A DNA stretch of 64,000 nucleotides, taken from Steroidobacteraceae bacterium. GTDB lineage: Bacteria > Pseudomonadota > Gammaproteobacteria > Steroidobacterales > Steroidobacteraceae. The stretch is taken from the NCBI GenBank assembly GCA_035481975.1, contig DATHRC010000008.1, forward strand, positions 15,877-79,876. Reading direction: 5' to 3'. The position numbers and the translations under genes were made by a program. Below the pieces are notes generated by a model. It did no database searches, was not told where the DNA came from, and worked only from the letters and a program-made list of their open reading frames with translations. Shown piece by piece: positions 51,842 to 60,186 of the stretch. The stretch's first letter is position 1. Every line of letters starts with the position of its first letter.

Positions 51842-53181
51842 TGGACGTGCTGCTCACATTCGGTGATGCCGCGCTGACCTTGCGGCAGCTGCTGGAGACG
51901 GCGTGGTACTCCGACTGGACGAGCGTTGCGCTCAAGTTCTTTCCCTTCGTGCTGCTGTTCGAGCTGCCGCTGCAGCTGCTGGTGATGCTGGGGGCGGTGC
52001 GCCACTACCTCGAGGCCCGCGGCGCGCGCCAGCCGTTGAACTTCAATCCGCGGGTGTCGTGCATCATCACCTGTTACTCCGAAGGCGCCGACGTGCGGCA
52101 CACCGTGCGCACGCTCACCGAACAGCTCTATGACGGCCAGATCGAGATGCTGGCGGTGGTGGACGGCGCGGTGCAGAACCGCGAGACCCTCGCGGCGCTG
52201 CGCGCGCTGCAGGCCTACGTCGACACGCGCCGCGACCGCCGGCTGGAGATCGTTCCCAAGCTGCAGCGCGGTGGGCGCGTCTCGAGCCTGAACCAGGGGC
52301 TCGCGCTCGCCAGCGGTCAGGTCGTCATGGCGCTCGACGGTGACACCTCTTTCGACAACGACATGGTGCGCCACGCCGTGCGGCACTTCGCCGACCGGAA
52401 CGTCGTCGCGGTGGCGGGGAATCTGCGGGTGCGCAATGCCTTCAGCACGCTGGTCACCCGGCTGCAGGCGCTGGAGTACGCGCTGTCGATTCACCTGAGC
52501 CGTGCGGGTCTCGATGCCTTCAATATCGTCAACAACGTCTCCGGCGCCTTCGGCGTCTTCCGGCGCGATTTCCTGCGGCAGATCGGCGGCTGGGACAGCG
52601 GCACCGCCGAGGACCTCGATCTCACGCTGCGCATCAAGAAATATTTCGCGCGTTACCCGGGGCTGCGGATCCGCTTCGAGCCGCGCGCCATCGGACATAC
52701 GGATGCACCCACCACGCTGCGGCAATTCCTGCGGCAGCGCCTGCGCTGGGACGGCGACCTGTCCTACCTGTACCTGCGCAAGCACGTCCACCACCTGCGC
52801 CCGGGTCTGCTCGGCATGCGCAATTTCCTGGCGTTCATCTGGACCGGCCTGCTATTCCAGCTGGTGACGCCGTTCGTGGTGCTGAGCTACACCCTCTACG
52901 TGTTCTGCGTCTATCCGCCCGGAGTGGTGCTGGGCGTGCTGGCGTTCGTGTACCTGTTCTATCTGGTGCTCGTCGCCCTCATGTACGCGGAGTACTGGCT
53001 GCTCTACTCGGAGCGCAAGCGCCAGGACCTGCGCCTCGCCGTCCTGCTGCCGGTCTTTCCGCTATTCACCTTCGTCATGCGCTGCTGGAACGCCATCGCC
53101 ACCTTGAGTGAGCTGCTGACGAAGTCGCACCTCGAGTCGGCGATGGCGCCCTCCTGGGTGCTCAAGCGCACGAAGTTCTGA
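51841..53181 (+). CDS. family-2 processive glycosyltransferase (PgaC/NodC/cellulose-synthase-like membrane-embedded synthase)
   Basis: 446 aa. N-terminal and C-terminal TM helices are present. The catalytic motifs are CIITCYSEG, ALDGDT (DxD), GAFGVFRR, GTAEDLDL (TED) and QRLRWDGD (QxxRW). Confidence 0.9.
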   Translation: MDVLLTFGDAALTLRQLLETAWYSDWTSVALKFFPFVLLFELPLQLLVMLGAVRHYLEARGARQPLNFNPRVSCIITCYSEGADVRHTVRTLTEQLYDGQIEMLAVVDGAVQNRETLAALRALQAYVDTRRDRRLEIVPKLQRGGRVSSLNQGLALASGQVVMALDGDTSFDNDMVRHAVRHFADRNVVAVAGNLRVRNAFSTLVTRLQALEYALSIHLSRAGLDAFNIVNNVSGAFGVFRRDFLRQIGGWDSGTAEDLDLTLRIKKYFARYPGLRIRFEPRAIGHTDAPTTLRQFLRQRLRWDGDLSYLYLRKHVHHLRPGLLGMRNFLAFIWTGLLFQLVTPFVVLSYTLYVFCVYPPGVVLGVLAFVYLFYLVLVALMYAEYWLLYSERKRQDLRLAVLLPVFPLFTFVMRCWNAIATLSELLTKSHLESAMAPSWVLKRTKF

Positions 53182-53183
53182 AC

Positions 53184-55376
53184 ATGGCGATAAGCGCACG
53201 CATTCTGCCCCGGCTCGCCGCGGCCTGCTGCCTGTGGCCGGTGGCGGCGCTCGCGCTGCCGCCGCTCGAGCAACTGGAAACGCGCCTGGAGCTTTCGCCC
53301 GCCGCGCAGCTCGCCGAGCGGTCCTACGAGTCCAGCCGCGATACGCTCGGCGCCGGTCGGATCGGGCTCGGCGTGAGCGCCTTCGGCAACTTAGGCTACG
53401 AGCACAATCACGACATCATCGACCCGCAGCATTCCTGGACCTACACCCAGGGGCTGGTCGGCGGCGGCCTGTCCATGCCGCTGCTCGGCAGCCGCCTGCA
53501 GCTCGAGCAAAACTTGAGCGAGCAGCAGGTGCAGCTCGCGCTCCTCGACGCGCGCCGGCAGCTGCAGCGGCGCGAGCTGCTGGCGCGCCTGCGCAAGGCG
53601 TACGCCGACTACTGGCAGGCGCAGCGCCTGGAACTCCTCGCGCAGAGTTACCTGCAGGAAGAGCCCGGCTTCGAGCACGTGGCGGAGCTGCGCACCCGCG
53701 CCGGGCTGCTGCTGGATGCGGATCGCATCGAGCTGCTCAGCGGCTTTTCGCTGGCACGGCGCGATGAGGCGGCCGGCGGCGCGGACCGCGAGGTGGCGCT
53801 TGGGCTGATGCGCGAGCTCACCGGGCAGGATCTGGACGGCGGCATCGCCGTGCGGCCGCTGGTCTCGGCGGAGTGCGTCGGCACGGCGTCCCCGGACGAT
53901 GACTGGGCGGACACCGATCCGGAGCTCACCGGACTACAGCAGGTCATCGCGCTGCGCGAAGCCAGCCCCCGTGACAGCGCGCTCTATCCCGTGCAGTCGA
54001 GCGTTCAGCTCGGCTACTCCTCCCTCGAGGACTGGCCGACCGGGCAGCACGGGGCATCGGCGGTCCTGAGCTGGACGTTCCAGGTGCCGCTCGAATACGG
54101 CACGCAGCGCCGGCTCCTCGCCCGCGCCGCGTCTGCGCAGGTGGCCCACGCCCGCCTCGAGTACGAGATGCGACGCCAGGAGCTGCACCAGCAGCGCAGC
54201 GAGCTCGTCGGGCGCGCCCAGGTGCTGCGCCAGTCCACCGAATTCGCTGCCACGCGGCTCGCCGCCGCCGATGCCGCCGTGCAGGAGCGTGGCCTGCGGG
54301 CGGCGAGGCTCGGTGGCGATGTCGCCGAGCAACTGCAGCGCGCACGCCTGCAGCGCTACAACGCGGCCAAGGCACTCGCAGAAGCCGACAAGGCGCTGGT
54401 GTACTGGTATGCCGACTGGGCACGCTTCGAGACGGCACCGTGTGAGTCGGCGCCGAATGCCTTCCGGCAGCGGCTGCCCGAGGGCATCGCTGCCGGGCGG
54501 CCGCTGCTGCTGCCGGTGGCGAGCGTGCCGGGCACCGCGGCTGCGATGCCGGCCGCCGCGGCCGCCGCGCCTGCCGAGCTGCGCGCCGATCGCGCACTGT
54601 ATCTGTGGCACTCGGCGGACTGGCTCGCGAGTGCATCTTCTTCTTCCGGCGAGAGCAAATTCACCGAGCTGCATGCCGCCGGCATCAAGCGGCTGCTGAT
54701 CTCGCTCGATGCCGCGCAGATGCGCCGCGCCATCGCCCGCCCGGCGCTGCTGGTGAAAGCGGTGCGCAGCACCCACGAGCACGGCTTCAGTGTCGAGCTG
54801 CTGCTAGGTGACCCGGGCTGGATCCGCCCGGCGCAGCGCGGCCGGCTGCTGGCCATCATTGCCGGTCTCAAATCCGTACCGTTCGACGGGGTGCATCTCG
54901 ACCTCGAGCCCGCGCAGCTCGATCCGGCGCCGGAGAAGCTGCCGCAGCTCCTCGCCGAGCTGACGCGCACCCTGGCCGCGGTGAGCCGGGCGAGTCCCTG
55001 GCCGGTCGCGCTCAGCACCCATCCGCGCGATCTCGCCGTGGAGCTGCCCGGCGAGGGCAGCTTCGCGCAGGCGCTGCGCCGGCTGCGGATCTCAACCACC
55101 CTGATGGTCTATGTGGCCAATCCCGAGCGTGCGGTGGCGATCGCGCAGCCGCTGCTCGAGCGTTATCCGCAGCTGTCGTTCAGCGTCGCGCTGAGCCTGG
55201 AGCGCTCGCTCGGCCGCGACGAGAGCCTGTGGCCGTATCCCGAAGAGGAGCGCCGCGAGCGCCTCGAGCGGGTGGAGAGTGAGCTCACCGCCGCCAACTT
55301 CCGCGGACTCACCCTGCAGCTCGAGGACGCCTGGGGTGACGCGGCCGGGCTTCCCAGGCTCGCCACCGGAGAGTGA
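53184..55376 (+). CDS. TolC/OEP-family outer-membrane channel (~430 aa) fused to a ~265-aa C-terminal TIM-barrel-like (glycoside-hydrolase-like) domain
   Basis: 730 aa with a signal peptide. It has two OEP-type repeats with long helices (QLALLDARRQLQRRELLARLRKAYADYWQAQ...; ...AQVAHARLEYEMRRQELHQQRSELVGRAQ). An Ala/Pro linker follows. From about nt 54580 the domain reads IKRLLISLD...FSVELLLGDPGW...FDGVHLDLEP. Confidence 0.75.
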   Translation: MAISARILPRLAAACCLWPVAALALPPLEQLETRLELSPAAQLAERSYESSRDTLGAGRIGLGVSAFGNLGYEHNHDIIDPQHSWTYTQGLVGGGLSMPLLGSRLQLEQNLSEQQVQLALLDARRQLQRRELLARLRKAYADYWQAQRLELLAQSYLQEEPGFEHVAELRTRAGLLLDADRIELLSGFSLARRDEAAGGADREVALGLMRELTGQDLDGGIAVRPLVSAECVGTASPDDDWADTDPELTGLQQVIALREASPRDSALYPVQSSVQLGYSSLEDWPTGQHGASAVLSWTFQVPLEYGTQRRLLARAASAQVAHARLEYEMRRQELHQQRSELVGRAQVLRQSTEFAATRLAAADAAVQERGLRAARLGGDVAEQLQRARLQRYNAAKALAEADKALVYWYADWARFETAPCESAPNAFRQRLPEGIAAGRPLLLPVASVPGTAAAMPAAAAAAPAELRADRALYLWHSADWLASASSSSGESKFTELHAAGIKRLLISLDAAQMRRAIARPALLVKAVRSTHEHGFSVELLLGDPGWIRPAQRGRLLAIIAGLKSVPFDGVHLDLEPAQLDPAPEKLPQLLAELTRTLAAVSRASPWPVALSTHPRDLAVELPGEGSFAQALRRLRISTTLMVYVANPERAVAIAQPLLERYPQLSFSVALSLERSLGRDESLWPYPEEERRERLERVESELTAANFRGLTLQLEDAWGDAAGLPRLATGE

Positions 55377-56443
55377 CCATGCAGGTGCAATTCAAGTCCA
55401 AACCGCGCGCACCCGACGAGTTGGGGGGAGTGAAGATTCTCTATGCCAAGGCGCGCGGCAAGGGGCACAGGCTCGCCTGGTATCTGATCCTGCTGGTGGT
55501 GCTGTCGCCGATCTTCGTGCTCCTGAGCGGAGTGGTGGGCTCCTGGCTCACCCTGACGGCCAACGGCACGGTGTCGCTCGAGCAGCACGAGGTGCGCGCG
55601 GTGCGCGCCGCACGCATCAGTCGCCTCACCGTCGCCGTCGGCGACCGGGTCGAGGCCGGCGCGACGCTCGCCGAGCTCGACAGCCTCGATCTCGATGCGG
55701 CCGCGGCCCACAACGCCGTCGAGCGGCAGGCGGCCGCGCAGGCGCAGCGCGGCGCCTACGCCCAGCAGCAAGCGGCGCTTGATGAACTGCGGCTCAAGGA
55801 GCGGTACGTGCGCTATCAGCGGCAGCGCCGCGACGAGATTGCCGCGCTGGTCGATGAGGGCGCGGCGACGGTCGCCGAGCTCGATACGGCCGAAACTGCG
55901 GTCACGGAGGCCGAGGTGGAGCTGGTGCAGTTGCGGGCGACGGCGGCGCGGATGCCGGCGGCGAGCACCGCCGAGGTCGATCACGAGCTGCTCGAGCGCC
56001 AGCAAGACTCTATGATCCTGACGGCGCCCTTCGGCGGTCGCGTCCTCGAGCTCGGCGCGCGCCAGGGCGAGTACGTCGCTCCCGGCGAGCCCGTGGTCGT
56101 GCTGGCGCGCACCGACACAGCGCGGGTGCTCGCCTATGCGTCGCCGAAGTTCGGCACGCAGCTCAAGGTCGGCATGCAGGCGACCATCCGTTTCCCGGAC
56201 GGCACGCGCATCCGCGCGCTCATCGCCGAGCCGCCGCCACTCACCCAGCGCATGCCGGCGGACCTCGTGGACCAGTTCGGACTGCGGCCGATGACGGTCG
56301 TGCTGAACCTCTTGCCCCAGGAGCGCCTGAGTGAAACCCAGCGTGTCCAGGGCCTGCCCGTAACCGTGCGCTTCCACTACGCGTGGGAGTCCTCAGGCAT
56401 CGGCGGTTTCGTCGGCGGCTTGCTGGGGGATCTGAGCCGCTAG
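55373..56443 (+). CDS. HlyD-family periplasmic adaptor (membrane-fusion protein)
   Basis: GTG 55373 overlaps the upstream stop (GTGA). An alternative in-frame ATG lies at 55379 (MQVQFKS). An N-terminal TM helix (LAWYLILLVVLSPIFVLLSGVV) is followed by a lipoyl-like region (RLTVAVGDRVEAGATLAELD), a coiled coil and a beta-barrel region (ILTAPFGGRVLEL). Confidence 0.85.
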   Translation: MTMQVQFKSKPRAPDELGGVKILYAKARGKGHRLAWYLILLVVLSPIFVLLSGVVGSWLTLTANGTVSLEQHEVRAVRAARISRLTVAVGDRVEAGATLAELDSLDLDAAAAHNAVERQAAAQAQRGAYAQQQAALDELRLKERYVRYQRQRRDEIAALVDEGAATVAELDTAETAVTEAEVELVQLRATAARMPAASTAEVDHELLERQQDSMILTAPFGGRVLELGARQGEYVAPGEPVVVLARTDTARVLAYASPKFGTQLKVGMQATIRFPDGTRIRALIAEPPPLTQRMPADLVDQFGLRPMTVVLNLLPQERLSETQRVQGLPVTVRFHYAWESSGIGGFVGGLLGDLSR

Positions 56444-56499
56444 CGCACCTTGCTGACAGGCGCCGCCGCCGCCGGCGTTCACGATCGAGCGATGGCCCT

Positions 56500-57084
56500 T
56501 CAGGCCCAATCCGGTTCCTGCCCGGCCTTCCATTTGATGCTGCAGCCCACGCTCGGGGTTTGCTCCGCTGCCACGGCGCGGCCGCGCAGCAGTGCTTCGG
56601 CCGCCGCGGCCAGATCCGCACCGGTGACGGGAATGTTGTTCCCGGGGCTGCTGGCGTCGAACCGTCCGCGATAGGTGAGTCGCCGCTCGCGATCGAACAG
56701 AAAGAAATCCGGCGTGCAGATCGCCTCGTAGGCCTTCGCCACCTCCTGGGACTCGTCATAGAGGTACGGGAAAATGAAGCTGAAGCCCTTGTGCTGTGCG
56801 ATGCGGCGCATCTCGGGCGGCGCGTCCTCGGGATAGCTCGCGATGTCGTTCGGATTGATGGCGACCACCGCGAGCCCGCGCGAGCCGAAGTCGCGGGCGA
56901 AGGCGACGAATCCATCGAGGATGTGCTTGACGAACGGGCAGTGATTACAGAGGAAGGCGACCAGCAGCGCCGGCTGGCGGGCGAAGTCCTCGAGTGCAAC
57001 CGTGCTGCCGCTCACCGCATCCGGCAGCGCGAAGGGCGGGGCTTTGGTTCCCAGCGCCAGCATGCGCGAGTATTTGCGGGCCAT
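56500..57084 (-). CDS. thioredoxin-fold thiol-disulfide oxidoreductase (AhpC/TSA-like)
   Basis: 194 aa. The context ALLVAFLCNHCPFVKH contains a CxxC motif. Confidence 0.85.
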   Translation of the reverse strand: MARKYSRMLALGTKAPPFALPDAVSGSTVALEDFARQPALLVAFLCNHCPFVKHILDGFVAFARDFGSRGLAVVAINPNDIASYPEDAPPEMRRIAQHKGFSFIFPYLYDESQEVAKAYEAICTPDFFLFDRERRLTYRGRFDASSPGNNIPVTGADLAAAAEALLRGRAVAAEQTPSVGCSIKWKAGQEPDWA

Positions 57085-57101
57085 GTGTGCTCCCTTACGC
57101 T

Positions 57102-58130
57102 TCAGGGCGAGACCGGGTGGGCCGGCGGCAGCGGCAGACCTTTCGCGGCTGCTTCCGTGCGCAACAGATCCGGACGGTCGGAGATGATGCCATCGACGCC
57201 CATGTCGATCAGCCGGCGCATATCCTGGGGCTCGTTCACCGTCCAGACCACGACCGGGAGCCCGAGCTTGTGGGCCTCATCGACCGAGTGCTGATCGACG
57301 TCGCCGTAGAACGGCGACCAGATGTTGCCGCCAGCGGCCTTGACCATGCGCGGGACCGAGCCGCCGTACTTGCGCGGATCGAGACCTGCAGTCCATGGCG
57401 TGTCGGGATAGATGTTGGCTTCGGGTTGAGCCTGTTGTGTGAGGTACACGGTGGGTATACCGGGAGCCTGTTTCTGCACCAGCTTGAGCGTCCGCCAGTC
57501 GAACGACTCGATCATGACCCGGTCGCTGAAGTGCTCACGGCGCAGCAGTTCCAGCACCACCGCGACGAAGTGCTCCGGGTCGGGAGATTCCTCGGGATGG
57601 GTCGGGTCGATCTTGGTCTCGATGTTGAGGCGCACATGATGATCGCCCGAGCGGCGCACCAGCGCGAACACTTCCGCCAGCGTCGGTATGCGGGTGCCGG
57701 GCACGACGCGCTGCTCCGGAAAGCGGGCCGCGTAGTCGCTGCCGGGGCGGATCTGGCCGACGTCGTAGCTCTTGACCTCGGCCAACGTGAGCTTCACGTA
57801 TGGAGTGCCCGGCGGGTCGATGTAGCGACCGTCGGCAGCGCGCGCCAGATCCGGATTGAGCGTGCGCTCGTGCGACACCACCACTACGCCGTCGCGCGTG
57901 ACTCCCATGTCGAGCTCGAGCGTGTCGACTCCCATCGACAGGGCATTCGCGAAGGAGGGCAGGGTGTTCTCCGGACGCAGCGCCCGGCCGCCGCGGTGCG
58001 CCTCGAGGTCGAAGGGCGTCAGCCGGTGACCCGGCCCGCCCTCCGGGTCGGCGCCGGTGGCGTTTAAAGAGAGCAACAGGCTCGTCATGGCGAGCGCCAG
58101 GGGAATCGCTGTCCAGGCACGCACGCGCAC
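57102..58130 (-). CDS. glycerophosphodiester phosphodiesterase, exported
   Basis: 342 aa with a signal peptide. GDPD motifs are LEAHRGGRALRPENTL, LELDMGVTRDGVVVVSHE and WTVNEP. Confidence 0.9.
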   Translation of the reverse strand: MRVRAWTAIPLALAMTSLLLSLNATGADPEGGPGHRLTPFDLEAHRGGRALRPENTLPSFANALSMGVDTLELDMGVTRDGVVVVSHERTLNPDLARAADGRYIDPPGTPYVKLTLAEVKSYDVGQIRPGSDYAARFPEQRVVPGTRIPTLAEVFALVRRSGDHHVRLNIETKIDPTHPEESPDPEHFVAVVLELLRREHFSDRVMIESFDWRTLKLVQKQAPGIPTVYLTQQAQPEANIYPDTPWTAGLDPRKYGGSVPRMVKAAGGNIWSPFYGDVDQHSVDEAHKLGLPVVVWTVNEPQDMRRLIDMGVDGIISDRPDLLRTEAAAKGLPLPPAHPVSP

Positions 58131-58263
58131 CTCTTCGCCGTCGCCGGCCCATGTGGGGACGAGACACTAGCCCACGGACGAGAGTCTAGGGAAGGGCCGG
58201 GGGGTGCGGTGCGTTCCGGGGCCGGTCCGCCGGCCGGCGCCCGCGGGGGGCCGGTTTGAGGAA

Positions 58264-60186
58264 TCAGCCTTTCAGAACGGCGAGCTTGCTGTGGGTGCGC
58301 ACCGCATCGTCCGCATCGACGGTGTTGTCCTTGCGCACCATCTCGGCGAACTGCGCCGGTGCCACGGCCGGACTGAAATAAAAGCCCTGGTACTGGTCGC
58401 AGCCGAGCTCGGTCAGCAGCTGCAGCTGCTCCGGTGTCTCCACGCCCTCGGCAATGACCTTGAGGTGCAGGCTGTGCGCGAGGGAGATGATCGCCTGCAC
58501 GATCGAGGCGTCTTCCGGGCGGCGCGTCAGCTGGTCGATGAAGCAGCGGTCGATCTTCAGCTTGTCGATCGGGAAGCGGCGCAGATAGCTCATGCTGGAA
58601 TAGCCGGTGCCGAAGTCATCGACCGAGACCAGCACGCCCATGCGGCTGATCGCTTCCAGAATGTGCACTGATTCTTCCGCATCGCTCATGACCGCCGTCT
58701 CGGTGAGCTCGACCTCGAGCAGCTGCGGGTCGAGGCCCGATGCGTCCAGCGCGCGGCGGATCTGCTTCACCAGGTCGGTCAGGCGGAACTGCGAGGGCGC
58801 GAGGTTGACGGCGATCCGTAGCGGTCGCAACCCTTCGCGTTTCCAGGCCTGCGCCTGGCGGCAGGCTTCCGACAGCACCCACTCGCCGATGGCATCGAGC
58901 AGGCCGCACTCTTCAGCCAGAGGAATGAATTCCGCCGGCGGCAGCAGCCCGCGCTGCGGATGGCGCCAGCGGATCAGCGCCTCAGCGCTGTGGATGCGCC
59001 CGGTGGCGGTGTCGACCTTCGGCTGGTAGTGCAGCTCGAACTGCGCGTTGCGCAGCGCCTCGTGCAGCTCGCTTTCGAACTTTACCCGCTCCTGGGTGAT
59101 CGTGCCCATGCTCTCGGCATAGCACTGCACGTTGTTGCGGCCGCGCTCCTTGGCGTGGTACATGGCCGCGTCCGCGCGCGCCAGCAGCGTATCGATGCCC
59201 GCGCCGTCGCGCGGATAGAAGGCAATGCCGATGCTCGGCGAGATGTGCACGTCGATGCCGAGGAGCCGGATCGGGGCCTCCATGATCTTCAGCAGCCGCC
59301 CGCCCATCTCGAGCGCCTCGGCCTGGGTGGCGGGCCCGTCGAAGACGATCACGAACTCATCGCCGCCGAGCCGCGCGGTGGTATCGACGGCGCGCACCAC
59401 TCCCTTCAGGCGCGACGCCACCTCGCGCAGCAGATCATCGCCGGCGCGATGGCCGAGCGAGTCATTGACGACCTTGAAGCGGTCGAGGTCGAGCACCAGC
59501 ACCGCAAATTCATGCGCCTGGCGGTTCGCCTGGGCAATCGCCTGGGTGATGCGGTCATCGAGCAGCAGGCGGTTCGGCAGGCCGGTGAGTGAATCGTGCG
59601 AGGCCAGGTGCCGCAGCTGGCGGTTGGCCGCCTCGAGTCCGCGGGTCCGGTCGGTGACGGCCTGCTCGAGGCTCTCGACGTGGCTCTTGAGCGCGCGCGC
59701 GTTCTGCCACTTGCGGCTCAAGGCGCTGGCGGACTGCAGGATCTCAATCGGCTCGAACGGCTTCTTGATGACGATGAGCTTGTCCGAGCGCCCGAGTCGG
59801 GCCAGGAGCTCGAGCCAGTCGTAGTCGGTGTAGGCGGAGCAGACGACCACCTGGACATCGGGGTCGATTTTCCACAGGTTCTCGATCGTCTCGAGTCCGT
59901 CCCACCCCGGCGGCATGCGCATGTCCACGAAGGCGACCGAGTAAGGACGCCCCTCGACGAGCGCCCGGCGGGCGAGCTCCACGCCCTCCCGTCCCTGCAT
60001 GGCCGAGTCCACATCGAAGGTCGGGCGTGATACGGCCGACTGCACCTCGCCGAACAGTGCAGCTTCCGCCGCCGAGATCCGGGTATCGTCGCGGCCCGCG
60101 AGGATCTTGCGATAGTCCGCGTGGATCGCCGGATTATCGTCGATCATCAGCAGGCGGTGCGTGAGCAGCCTTGGCTCATCAGCCAT
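58264..60186 (-). CDS. response regulator with REC, GGDEF and EAL domains
   Basis: 640 aa. The REC domain reads LLMIDDNP...VAFVDMRMPPGWDG...KKPF. An intact RLGGDEFVIVF is present. EAL-domain motifs are EALIRW, DDFGTGYSS and EGVET. The start overlaps the kinase stop by 8 nt. Confidence 0.9.
   Translation of the reverse strand: MADEPRLLTHRLLMIDDNPAIHADYRKILAGRDDTRISAAEAALFGEVQSAVSRPTFDVDSAMQGREGVELARRALVEGRPYSVAFVDMRMPPGWDGLETIENLWKIDPDVQVVVCSAYTDYDWLELLARLGRSDKLIVIKKPFEPIEILQSASALSRKWQNARALKSHVESLEQAVTDRTRGLEAANRQLRHLASHDSLTGLPNRLLLDDRITQAIAQANRQAHEFAVLVLDLDRFKVVNDSLGHRAGDDLLREVASRLKGVVRAVDTTARLGGDEFVIVFDGPATQAEALEMGGRLLKIMEAPIRLLGIDVHISPSIGIAFYPRDGAGIDTLLARADAAMYHAKERGRNNVQCYAESMGTITQERVKFESELHEALRNAQFELHYQPKVDTATGRIHSAEALIRWRHPQRGLLPPAEFIPLAEECGLLDAIGEWVLSEACRQAQAWKREGLRPLRIAVNLAPSQFRLTDLVKQIRRALDASGLDPQLLEVELTETAVMSDAEESVHILEAISRMGVLVSVDDFGTGYSSMSYLRRFPIDKLKIDRCFIDQLTRRPEDASIVQAIISLAHSLHLKVIAEGVETPEQLQLLTELGCDQYQGFYFSPAVAPAQFAEMVRKDNTVDADDAVRTHSKLAVLKG

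Noticed and set aside
53184-56443. The HlyD-plus-TolC pair read as a type I secretion system or a drug-efflux pump.
   Set aside because: No ABC, RND or MFS inner-membrane component is encoded in or next to the operon, and no RTX-type substrate is present. The only inner-membrane partner, translationally linked, is the GT2 synthase, so I favour the polysaccharide-export reading.
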